Shown here: positions 1-8,825 of the stretch, piece after piece
How positions within the stretch are numbered: the first letter of the stretch is position 1
Layout of the letters: every line of letters begins with the position of its first letter
DNA from: a bacterium
GTDB taxonomy: Bacteria; Electryoneota; Electryoneia; Electryoneales; Electryoneaceae
Length of the DNA stretch: 21,148 nucleotides
Assembly: GCA_043801585.1 (NCBI GenBank)
Contig: JAZDLX010000102.1
Span: 1 to 21,148 of the forward strand
Direction: 5' to 3'
The notes under the pieces: generated by a model
The model's database searches: none
The model's input: the letters and a program-made list of their open reading frames with translations, nothing else
What the model was told of the DNA's origin: nothing
Position numbers and translations under genes: made by a program

Positions 1-2
1 TG

Positions 3-1769
3 ATCCTTCAGGAAGCGGATTTCCTCAAATACAATTGTGAAAATGTTGGTGATGCTCTCGCGTTGATTTCCGGCGTCTATGTCAACAGCACGGGGCAGGT
101 GATGCTCCGTGACGTGAGTTCATCGAAGGTCGTTGTCATCATGGATGGGCAGAAGCTCAACATCCCGGGCGGCATCGGCGTCAACGTCAGCAACATCTCC
201 ATCGAGAACATCAAGTCCATCGAGTTGCTGCGAGGCGGTCGTTCCACGGAATACGGATCGGATGCTGTCGGCGGAGTCATTGTCATCACGTCAAAAGAGA
301 GAGAATCCGAGTCGGCGAATTTTCAACAAACGGCTTCAGCCAGGGCCACCTATGGCTCGCATAACCTTCAGATCTACAGTCTGAATTATTCGTTGACAAA
401 AGGCAGGATCAACTCTATGATCTCGTTCAGAAAAGATCTGTGGGACGGCGATTTTGAGTACACGAATCGCTACGATCGGCGAGTCGTGATGGTGAACAAT
501 GCGCAGAATTCCAGCTCTGCGTTCGCAAAGATCAGCGCAGATCTGCCATCTGGACAATCGCTGCAGAGTTCCTATTCCTTGTACTCATCCAACGGTGGTT
601 CGCCAGGCATGATCGATAATATCAACCCGTCGGCAAGACTGTTGTTTGACAACCAGACCATGAACCTCAATTACCGTAAAAATGAACTTTTCCAAGGATT
701 CAACCTTGACGTGAGCGGCTTTTTCCTGAATTTCCGCACACGCTTCAATGATGACTACAGCCTGGCGAAGGTGCACAGCGATCATAAGAATTACGCGATG
801 GGAACGGACCTGAAAACGTCTGGCAACCTGACTGACCAGATGCGTTTGAGTTACGGGTATTCGTTCCGCAACGACCGGATCAACAGCACAGACGTCGGAA
901 AACGGAATCGTGACACCAACAGCGCATTCACCACGATTACCTATGGTGACCAGCTTGGCGGCCTCATTTCTTCATGGGATGCCGCACTGGCACTTCGTTA
1001 CGATGCTCCTTCCGATTTCAACCCCGAACTCAGTCCGCGGATTAGCCTTTCATTGAGCAATCAGTCCCAGTTCACGACAACGCTGACGACCCACTTCGCG
1101 AAGTCCTATCGGGCGCCGACGTTCAACGACCTGTACTGGCCTAAGGATGCCTACTCCGTTGGAAATCCAGAACTGAACCCGGAATACGGCACCAACTACG
1201 ACATCGGCATGAACATCAACATGCCTCTTGATCCCCATTCCGTAAGTGCCGCCGTGAACTATTTCCGCAGCGATGCCACGGACATGATCATCTGGCTGCA
1301 GACGGGCCCAAACGGACTTTGGTGGCCGGAAAACATCTCGAAATCGCAGACAACCGGGTTCGAGGTTTCCACAACTGCTGCGATGTTCAACAATTTCTTT
1401 ACAGCGAATGTCGAGTACACGAGAATGGAAGCCCTCGACAAGGGTTCGGATGCAAACCGGTATAACAAGCTGATCCCGTATCGACCGAAGAATAAACTGG
1501 CCCTTACCGGGACATTCAAATACAAGAGCATCGAGTGGAGTACAACCTACGCCTACGAGGGTAGACGGTATATCAAACCTGCCAACACGACGTGGTTGCC
1601 ACCGTACAAACTGATCAATTTCAATATCAGTTACGGTCATTCGCTGATGAACTACAGGACGAGTATTGTCTTCGAAATGACAAACGTGACAAACGAAGAT
1701 TATATGAGGGTTGACGGCACGGCCGAACCGGGAAGACAGAGCAAAGTGTCGCTCTGGTTCTACCTGTAA
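3..1769 (+). CDS. TonB-dependent outer-membrane receptor, BtuB-like (5' end outside the window)
   Basis: Frame is open from base 3 (ILQEADFLKYNCENVGDALALISG...), so the true start lies upstream. Plug motifs IMDGQKLN and IKSIELLRGGRSTEYGSDAVGGVIVITSK; barrel motif SYRAPTFNDLYW..GNPELNPE; C-terminal aromatic strand KVSLWFYL. Confidence 0.9.
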   Translation: MLQEADFLKYNCENVGDALALISGVYVNSTGQVMLRDVSSSKVVVIMDGQKLNIPGGIGVNVSNISIENIKSIELLRGGRSTEYGSDAVGGVIVITSKERESESANFQQTASARATYGSHNLQIYSLNYSLTKGRINSMISFRKDLWDGDFEYTNRYDRRVVMVNNAQNSSSAFAKISADLPSGQSLQSSYSLYSSNGGSPGMIDNINPSARLLFDNQTMNLNYRKNELFQGFNLDVSGFFLNFRTRFNDDYSLAKVHSDHKNYAMGTDLKTSGNLTDQMRLSYGYSFRNDRINSTDVGKRNRDTNSAFTTITYGDQLGGLISSWDAALALRYDAPSDFNPELSPRISLSLSNQSQFTTTLTTHFAKSYRAPTFNDLYWPKDAYSVGNPELNPEYGTNYDIGMNINMPLDPHSVSAAVNYFRSDATDMIIWLQTGPNGLWWPENISKSQTTGFEVSTTAAMFNNFFTANVEYTRMEALDKGSDANRYNKLIPYRPKNKLALTGTFKYKSIEWSTTYAYEGRRYIKPANTTWLPPYKLINFNISYGHSLMNYRTSIVFEMTNVTNEDYMRVDGTAEPGRQSKVSLWFYL

Positions 1770-1787
1770 AACAAAGGATAGCAGCGA

Positions 1788-4004
1788 ATGGTTCGCGTTC
1801 TGCTGACCATCAGCAGCATCGTTGTTCTGGCCTTCAGCCAGATCATGCCAGCTTCCGCTCAGGGGGTGGGACTGTTGTACGGCAGAATTACGGATGCCGG
1901 TAACAACCATCCCCTCGAAGGGGCCAGCATCTTTGTCCGTGGAACGCACATTGGTACGGCGACGGACCTCGACGGCTGGTATGTCATCAGAAATCTCAAA
2001 CCGGGAACCTACACGCTGACGATCAGTTTCGTCGGCTACAGAACGCTTGATAATGTCTCATTGGAAATCGCCGGTGGGGACACGCTTCAGCATTCTTTTG
2101 CGCTTGAACGGACAGTGCTCAGGACAGATGAAGTAACGATCACAGCCACACGGGGGAGCTCGTTGATTACTGAGGTCCCAGCATCCGTCGATGTCCTGAA
2201 CACGGAAATGATCGAGCGTGATAATCCGCCGAATCTTGCCGAAGTCCTGGACAACGTCCAGGGCGTTTATGTCCGTGATTACGGCGGTTTGGGCGGAATG
2301 AAAACCATCTCTCTGCGAGGCTCCAATTCTGAACAGGTGCTGGTTCTGCTCGACGGTCAGCGGCTGAACAACCCTCAGAATGGCCAGGTGGATTTCAGCT
2401 CCATCTCCACCGAAGGGATCGAAAGGATCGAGGTGGTCCGGGGTGGAAACTCCGCCCTTTATGGAGCCGATGCTATTGGCGGGGTTATCAACATCATCAC
2501 AAAAAAACGAGTCGGCGCACCGGGCATCCACCTGAGTGCAAAGGGCACGATTGGATCATTCAATTCACGTTCCGCGGAAACAGCCGTAAAATTCAACTAC
2601 CACCGAACTCTCGCAAACGTTTCCTTCCGCCGCCTGACCAGCAGTGGTGATTTCCCGTACACAGGCCGCTATGGAAAAGACGCAACGCGGGAAAACAACC
2701 ACGTATCCACGTTTGATCTGTTTGCACGCCTGCGGACGGAAATCGGCGATCCCCATCGACCGGGGTCCATCGATTTTTCCTATAAGTACTACCTCAATCG
2801 CAAGGGTAGTCCAGGAAACACCGAGATGCCGTTCAAAGAAGCGTGGCTCAGTGATGAAACCCATCATTTCAACAGCATTTTCGATCTTCCGCTGAAACAG
2901 ATGACCGACCAAGTGAAGGTGCAGATGTACGCTCATGCGGGTGTCAACCGGTATCACAATCTTGAGCTGCTGGTTCCGGCGGATGATACCCATGAGTTCA
3001 AATCCCTGGGCGGCGAGACACAGTTGAACACCGTTCTCTCCCCCATGTTTGCGTTGATCTCAGGAGCCGGAGGACGTTACGACCTGTTGAACAGCACTGC
3101 ATTCACAGGGGCGAAGAATCGTACAAGTGCATTTGCCTTCATCGAAGATGAATCGGTTTTCCACCCCGCTTCCATCCTGTCATCGTTCTCGATCGTGCCA
3201 GCAATACGACTCGACCATTTCACGGATTTCGGCACGCACGTCTCCCCCAAGATCGGCGCCGTGCTGACAGTCGGCGACGAGTGGAGCGCTTCGCTGAAAG
3301 CCAACACGGGGCTCAGTTTCAGAGCGCCCACGTTTAACGACTTGTACTGGCCATTTGACGGTCTGACGGAAGGAAACCAGAATCTGACTCCCGAACATGG
3401 CACTGACTGGGACGTCGGTCTGCGCCTGCGCTATCCCATCTTGAACGGTTACAGTTTCGATATCACCTATTTCCAAAGTCGAATTTCAGATATGATCGTT
3501 TGGCAGATGGCCGAGGATGGAATCTGGAGACCATACAACGAAGATAAAGCCGCGATTCAAGGTGTCGAAGTCAGCAGCAGCATCGAACCAATACTTGATA
3601 TGTGTTCGCTTTCGGGGAATTATTCCTATCTCTTTGCGGAAAACCTGTCTGATGACGCATCCCGCTATGGTATGATCCTTCCCTATCGGCCAAAGAATAC
3701 ACTGAATCTGTCCGCCACATTCTCATGGTATGATATCGAGCTCAGCTACCAGTACAGTTACGTTGGATTGAGGTACACAAACTTTGCGAACACCCAGAAG
3801 GTTCCTTCCTATACCACTTCGGATGTCACCCTGAACACGAGTTTCAACTGGATGCATTCGAAATGGACCGAGACGATTCAAGTCAGAAATCTTCTTGATG
3901 AAAGATACGAGATCATCCGGTATCAACCCGTTCCAGGGCGGGAAATACGGGTGACTCTGGGTGTGTCCACAAACATCGCACGAAGGCAAAAAGGAATTCT
4001 TTGA
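1788..4004 (+). CDS. TonB-dependent receptor, BtuB-like, with N-terminal carboxypeptidase-regulatory-like domain
   Basis: Signal peptide (..PASAQ); GRITDAGNNHPLEGASIFV..GTATDLDG..PGTYTLTISFVGY domain; TonB-box-like DEVTITATR; plug motif IERIEVVRGGNSALYGADAIGGVINIITK; SFRAPTFNDLYW..GNQNLTPE. AAGGA upstream of the ATG. Confidence 0.92.
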   Translation: MVRVLLTISSIVVLAFSQIMPASAQGVGLLYGRITDAGNNHPLEGASIFVRGTHIGTATDLDGWYVIRNLKPGTYTLTISFVGYRTLDNVSLEIAGGDTLQHSFALERTVLRTDEVTITATRGSSLITEVPASVDVLNTEMIERDNPPNLAEVLDNVQGVYVRDYGGLGGMKTISLRGSNSEQVLVLLDGQRLNNPQNGQVDFSSISTEGIERIEVVRGGNSALYGADAIGGVINIITKKRVGAPGIHLSAKGTIGSFNSRSAETAVKFNYHRTLANVSFRRLTSSGDFPYTGRYGKDATRENNHVSTFDLFARLRTEIGDPHRPGSIDFSYKYYLNRKGSPGNTEMPFKEAWLSDETHHFNSIFDLPLKQMTDQVKVQMYAHAGVNRYHNLELLVPADDTHEFKSLGGETQLNTVLSPMFALISGAGGRYDLLNSTAFTGAKNRTSAFAFIEDESVFHPASILSSFSIVPAIRLDHFTDFGTHVSPKIGAVLTVGDEWSASLKANTGLSFRAPTFNDLYWPFDGLTEGNQNLTPEHGTDWDVGLRLRYPILNGYSFDITYFQSRISDMIVWQMAEDGIWRPYNEDKAAIQGVEVSSSIEPILDMCSLSGNYSYLFAENLSDDASRYGMILPYRPKNTLNLSATFSWYDIELSYQYSYVGLRYTNFANTQKVPSYTTSDVTLNTSFNWMHSKWTETIQVRNLLDERYEIIRYQPVPGREIRVTLGVSTNIARRQKGIL

Positions 4005-4023
4005 CAACCAAGGAGGAAAGAGC

Positions 4024-5052
4024 ATGAAGAAAGTCATTCTGTTCAGCATGGTCCTTGCGATCTTTGCATTCGGTTTCATCGGATGTGAAGAGGACAGCAA
4101 GAGCAATACGGTGGCTCCGGTTACGGCCAAGGCGATCTATGTCCTCAATGTAATCGGTACGACCGTCTCCGTGATCGATCTCGAGACGGGCACTGTAACG
4201 AATGATCTTGGCACCCTCGGACTTTATCCGAACCAGATCCTCTACTACGGGGGCAAAGTCTACGTGGTCAATTCGGGATCCAGCAACATTCAGATTTTCG
4301 ACCCCGAGAACAACTTCGAAGAGAGCACTCCAATCGACCTTGGAACGGGCAACGGACCGATGAACATGGTGTTCTATGATGACGACATCGCCTTTGTCGC
4401 CTGCTCGTACACCAACAAGGTGCTGAAGGTCAACGTGTCCACTAAAGCTGTCCTGGCGGAGATCGACGCCGGTGTCGGCACCACGGGCATTTGCATCGCG
4501 AACGGCAAGGTATACACGGCAAACACAGCCTATGACGGCGAAACCTATTCCTACGGTCAGGGAACCGTCACAGTCATCGATCCCGTGAATGCCACTGTCG
4601 TTACGACGATTGACGTCAACATGAACCCGCAGGCCATTACTGAGGCTCCTGACGGTATGCTTCATGTCGTCTGCACAGGCGACTGGGGTATGACCGAATC
4701 CGGATCCATCGTCGTCATCAATCCTGCCACCAACGCAATAACCCACACGTACGATGTCGGTGGGACGCCGGGCAGCATCAGTATCGACGAGACCAACGAC
4801 CTTGGCTACCTCGGTGTCTGGGGAACGGGCTGCATCGTTTACACCCTGTCGGATGGAACCGTAGTCCATGGCGTTGATGACATGTTCTACGGCGCGGGCG
4901 GTTCGGGTATTCTCGTGGATCCCGATGGCAATGTGTTCATTTCCGTCTGGAACGACGACCAGGTGGCAGAAGTCGCCACTGACGGAACAGTCATCGAAAC
5001 CTTCGACGTCGGTGACTGCCCGGGTTCACTCTCGATGAAGACAGGTCAGTAA
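4024..5052 (+). CDS. YncE-family beta-propeller lipoprotein, BtuG-like (putative cobalamin-binding surface protein)
   Basis: AGGAGG at 4011-4016 before ATG 4024; lipobox FIGC followed by acidic EEDS; repeated blades (TVSVIDLET, KVYVVNSGS, TVTVIDPVN, SIVVINPAT); directly downstream of BtuB-like receptors. Confidence 0.8.
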   Translation: MKKVILFSMVLAIFAFGFIGCEEDSKSNTVAPVTAKAIYVLNVIGTTVSVIDLETGTVTNDLGTLGLYPNQILYYGGKVYVVNSGSSNIQIFDPENNFEESTPIDLGTGNGPMNMVFYDDDIAFVACSYTNKVLKVNVSTKAVLAEIDAGVGTTGICIANGKVYTANTAYDGETYSYGQGTVTVIDPVNATVVTTIDVNMNPQAITEAPDGMLHVVCTGDWGMTESGSIVVINPATNAITHTYDVGGTPGSISIDETNDLGYLGVWGTGCIVYTLSDGTVVHGVDDMFYGAGGSGILVDPDGNVFISVWNDDQVAEVATDGTVIETFDVGDCPGSLSMKTGQ

Positions 5053-5070
5053 TCTTTTTGTAGCGCGCAT

Positions 5071-5126
5071 CGATCGCAGGGGGAGCAGAGTCTGTGATAT
5101 CCGCTTCGCTCCCCCGATCGGTTTTT
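5071..5126 (+). terminator. Probable intrinsic terminator after the receptor/propeller operon
   Basis: CGATCG-CA-GGGGGAGC (5071-5086) pairs with GCTCCCCCGATCG (5108-5120), followed by GTTTTT. The loop is long. Confidence 0.55.
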
Positions 5127-5192
5127 GCCCGGAGTTTCAATTTCGGGTCGAGCGGCACGGTTGACTCTATGGTGCATGATGCGGAGGAAGAG

Positions 5193-6434
5193 ATGAAATC
5201 CTCGTCGGTATCCCGGGAGACATTCATTGTTCAGGATCTCGGTCTCGCCGAACAAGGGTGTGTGAAAATCGACTGGGTTGCACGTTGGATGACGGTGCTG
5301 AACGGACTGCGAGAACAGTTCAGTCATCAAAGCATCTTCACGGGGAAACGTGTCGCCATCAGCATTCACCTCGAAGCGAAAACCGCCTACCTCGCCCAGG
5401 TGATCCAGGACCTCGGAGCAGAGGTCTGGATTACGAGCAGCAATCCCCACTCTGCCAAGGACGACGTTTGCGCTGCGCTGGCGAAACGCGGGATTCACGT
5501 TTATGCCCGCAAGGGTGCGGATCAGGATGAATACGAACGTTTTGTCCATGAAATTGCTTCCTGCAAACCCCACGCGCTGATCGATGACGGTGGTGATGTC
5601 ACCGAATACCTGCACCAGCACCCTGAATTTGCGGTGGAACTGAAGGGTGTATGCGAGGAGACAACATCCGGCGTCGCTCGTTTGAAACAGCGCGACGCTG
5701 AAGGCAGCCTCCTCTTTCCCGCCATTGCGATCAACGACGCCCAATCGAAATACCTGTTCGACAACCGTTATGGCACCGGTGAATCCACCTGGTCCGCGAT
5801 CACCCATCTGACCAATGTAACCGTTGCCGGCAAAACCGTCGTCTGCGTCGGATTCGGCTGGGTGGGGCGCGGTGTCGCCATGCGCGCGGCGGGAATGGGT
5901 GCTGAGGTGATCGTGACGGAAATCGATCCATGGAAAGCCTGGGAAGCACGTATGGAAGGTTTCCGGGTGATGCCGATTCAGGAGGCGGCTCCCCTCGGTG
6001 ACTATTTCATCACCAACACAGGTGAGGAAAACGTCATCCGTCTCGAACACATGCGGATAATGAAAGACGGCGCATTCCTGGCGAACGCCGGACACTTCGG
6101 CAACGAAATCGATGTCCCCGGCCTGAACCGCGAAACCAGTTCGATTCAGTCCGTGCGCGACGAAATCGATGAATACAACCTGCGTAATGGAAAGAGGCTG
6201 TATCTACTCGCCAAGGGAAGCATCATCAATATCTCCGGTGGCCTCGGTCACCCGATCGAGATCATGGACCTCTCCTTCTCGCTCCAACTCGCCAGTGTGC
6301 ATTTCATCCTCGAGACGGACGGGTTGAAGAACCTCCTCTATCGAGTGCCAAAAATTATTGATGAACGTGTTGTACGCACGAAGATGCAACAGGATGGCAT
6401 CGCCATCGACGAAGACCTTCGAAACAAGGGTTAG
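5193..6434 (+). CDS. ahcY: Adenosylhomocysteinase (SAH/SIH hydrolase), short form
   Basis: GGAGG before ATG 5193 (in frame with the 5094 ORF). Motifs IHLEAKTA, SSNPHSAKDDV, IDDGGD, EETTSGV, INDAQSKYLFDNRYGTGES, NAD loop GFGWVGRG, NAGHF and GHPIEIMDLSFSLQ. Confidence 0.95.
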   Translation: MKSSSVSRETFIVQDLGLAEQGCVKIDWVARWMTVLNGLREQFSHQSIFTGKRVAISIHLEAKTAYLAQVIQDLGAEVWITSSNPHSAKDDVCAALAKRGIHVYARKGADQDEYERFVHEIASCKPHALIDDGGDVTEYLHQHPEFAVELKGVCEETTSGVARLKQRDAEGSLLFPAIAINDAQSKYLFDNRYGTGESTWSAITHLTNVTVAGKTVVCVGFGWVGRGVAMRAAGMGAEVIVTEIDPWKAWEARMEGFRVMPIQEAAPLGDYFITNTGEENVIRLEHMRIMKDGAFLANAGHFGNEIDVPGLNRETSSIQSVRDEIDEYNLRNGKRLYLLAKGSIINISGGLGHPIEIMDLSFSLQLASVHFILETDGLKNLLYRVPKIIDERVVRTKMQQDGIAIDEDLRNKG

Positions 6435-6437
6435 GCC

Positions 6438-7745
6438 ATGCACATTTTCGTTAGCCTGTTCGGACTGCTGGTCCTGCTCGCCTTCGCCTGGTTGCTCTCG
6501 CATAACCGGAAAGCGGTGAACTGGAGAGTGGTCGGCTGGGGATTGGGGATCCAGGTATTCTTTGCAGTCTTCATCTTTGTGATTCCCGCCGGATCAAGGC
6601 TGTTTCTGTTCGTTAACGATGTTGTGAACGCCGTGCTCGACAGCGCCAACGCCGGCACGCAATTCGTTTTCGGCCCTCTGGCGCTTGCACCGGGCACGAC
6701 CAATGCGGCCGGAAATCCATCGCCGGGCTTCATCCTCGCCACCCAATCGCTGGCGACCATCGTCTTCTTCGCTGCCCTCGTCTCGATCCTCTACTACCTG
6801 GGAATCATGGACCGGATCATTCAGGGATTCGCCTGGCTGTTCACCCGTTTGATGAGAATCAGCGGAGCGGAATCCCTGGTTGCATCTTCGAACATTTTCG
6901 TCGGCATCGAAGCCTCGCTGATGGTGAAACCCTACCTCGCGAAGATGACACGTTCGGAGTTGAACACCATCCTCACGGCCGGAATGGCGACCATCGCCTC
7001 GAGCATGCTCGCTGCCTATGTGATGATCCTGCGAAACGGTTTCCCCACCATCGCGGGCCACCTCGTATCCGCTTCGATCATGAACGCCCCGGCAGCGATC
7101 ATCATGTCGAAACTGCTCTATCCGGAGGATGGCCAGCCTGTGACTCTCGGGCAGCACGTCCGCGCCGTTCGTGAAAAGGACGAGGGGTTGTTCGCCGCGA
7201 TCATCAACGGCGCCAACTCCGGCGTTCGTCTCGTTGTCGGGATTGTCGCCCTGCTACTGGCGTTTCTCGGCCTCGTCGCACTCGTCAACAAGATCTTTCT
7301 GCTGGTCGGCACTCCGATCAATTCAATGATCGACGTTCACATCGACTGGTCGCTGAAGGGACTGTTGGGATACCTGTTCTACCCGTTTACCCTGCTTCTC
7401 GGCGTGCCCTTCGCGGATGTTGGAGCGATCGCCAAAATTCTCGGTGAACGTGTCATCGTCACCGAGGTCGCGGCGTTCCAGGACCTGGCGGCATTGATCG
7501 CTTCGAATCCTGAACTCTCGCCACGGTCGGTTGTCATCGCCACCTATGCCCTGACCGGATTTGCACATGTTGCTTCGGTCGCGATTTTCGTCGGTGGCAT
7601 CGCAGCTCTCGCGCCGGAACGAACGCGGGATCTGTCATCTCTGGGATTCCGGGCGCTGCTCGGCGCCACACTTGCCACCATGCTGACGGCGACGATTGCG
7701 GGACTTTTTTACACGAACGGTTCGATCCTGGTGATGAACGGTTGA
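6438..7745 (+). CDS. nupC: Concentrative nucleoside transporter, NupC/CNT family
   Basis: SHNRKAVNWRVVGWGLGIQ, TIVFFAALVSILYYLGIM, SGAESLVASSNIFVG, MTRSELNTILTAGMATIA, TYALTGFAHVAS; multi-pass hydrophobic; starts 3 nt after the ahcY stop. Confidence 0.93.
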   Translation: MHIFVSLFGLLVLLAFAWLLSHNRKAVNWRVVGWGLGIQVFFAVFIFVIPAGSRLFLFVNDVVNAVLDSANAGTQFVFGPLALAPGTTNAAGNPSPGFILATQSLATIVFFAALVSILYYLGIMDRIIQGFAWLFTRLMRISGAESLVASSNIFVGIEASLMVKPYLAKMTRSELNTILTAGMATIASSMLAAYVMILRNGFPTIAGHLVSASIMNAPAAIIMSKLLYPEDGQPVTLGQHVRAVREKDEGLFAAIINGANSGVRLVVGIVALLLAFLGLVALVNKIFLLVGTPINSMIDVHIDWSLKGLLGYLFYPFTLLLGVPFADVGAIAKILGERVIVTEVAAFQDLAALIASNPELSPRSVVIATYALTGFAHVASVAIFVGGIAALAPERTRDLSSLGFRALLGATLATMLTATIAGLFYTNGSILVMNG

Positions 7746-7813
7746 ACGGTACAGACTGAAAATGAGAAGCAACGTTGTTCAGGACGACGCAACTTTTTAA
7801 AGGGGAGAAGATC

Positions 7814-8743
7814 ATGGAGGCCTCATCCTTGGGACTGATGTTGCTGGCAGTGCTGTCCGGCGTCTGCCTCTCGATTATTGGCGTTGCCTTCAAGATCGGA
7901 CAGTCACGCAATGTGACCCCTCTCTACATCTCGATGTGCATGGGAATCGCCGGGGCGCTTTTCTTCGGCGTACAAATGGACTGGTCGGAACTTGGAGATC
8001 TGCCGACGATCGTCTGGGTGTTTGCACTGCTCAACGCTTCCGGACAGATCGTGGCGATGTACCTGGTGAACGTCTGCCTCAAACTCGGCCCTCTTTCGCC
8101 ACTCTGGGCAGCGATGAACCTCACGTTTCTGCCGGTCATTCTCTATTCGGCGATCCTCTTCGGGGAACCGGTGACCGGGATGCAGTTCGCTGCAGTCGCA
8201 GCAGGCATCCTGACGGTCGCGTTCGCATCCCAGATGACGACCGGCGGTGGCGCAGCCGGGGAAAAAGAGAAGTCCGCCTTCCCCATGAAGGCGAAACTGA
8301 GCTATGGGATCTACCTGCTGGTGATCCTTCTGAGCAATAGCATTGTCTTTATCACGATCAAGGATTTGGGAACCCGTCCCCTCGCGGCGGGCATGGACGT
8401 GACGATCCTCGGCCGTTACCTGGCGCCCATCTATTTCACCCTGTACGTCGGTCTTGCGCTGTTCACCGGCACGGCAGGATACCTGCAAAAAGTGAAACCG
8501 AAACGCTGGGGCGACCTGGTCAAACTGGGATTGCTTGCTGCCCTCGGATCGATTTCAGGACTACTGCTGCTGAAGGTGTGCATCCCCCTCCCCGCGGCTC
8601 TTGTATTCACTATAAGTGGGGTAATAACAATTATTTCTGGAGCTATTGCGTCGATTCTTTTCTTCCGTGAAAAAATCTTCTGGGCGTGGTACGCCACCGT
8701 TGGAGCCGGTGTGCTCGCGGTGATCCTCGCCAATCTGGGGTGA
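7814..8743 (+). CDS. DMT/EamA-like membrane transporter
   Basis: GGGGAG before ATG 7814; about 10 hydrophobic segments in two halves with EamA-type ends (ILYSAILFGEPVTGMQ; IASILFFREKI..GAGVLAVIL). Confidence 0.75.
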   Translation: MEASSLGLMLLAVLSGVCLSIIGVAFKIGQSRNVTPLYISMCMGIAGALFFGVQMDWSELGDLPTIVWVFALLNASGQIVAMYLVNVCLKLGPLSPLWAAMNLTFLPVILYSAILFGEPVTGMQFAAVAAGILTVAFASQMTTGGGAAGEKEKSAFPMKAKLSYGIYLLVILLSNSIVFITIKDLGTRPLAAGMDVTILGRYLAPIYFTLYVGLALFTGTAGYLQKVKPKRWGDLVKLGLLAALGSISGLLLLKVCIPLPAALVFTISGVITIISGAIASILFFREKIFWAWYATVGAGVLAVILANLG

Positions 8744-8825
8744 CGCAGATTTTCAGCGTTCCGAGCACTCATGGCATGAGATGCGCGGCATCGTCCACGC
8801 CCTCATCTCCATTAAGGAGACAAGG

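Noticed and set aside
5053..5192. SAH or SAM riboswitch upstream of ahcY
   Set aside because: I could not find the conserved SAH-riboswitch core; the hairpin is explained as a terminator. An Infernal/Rfam scan would settle it.
8771..8787. sigma54-like ATGGCATGAGATGCGCG before the phosphoesterase
   Set aside because: Spacing fits but the -12 element (GCGC) is poor in GC-rich DNA; could be chance or part of the CTCATG-G-CATGAG palindrome.
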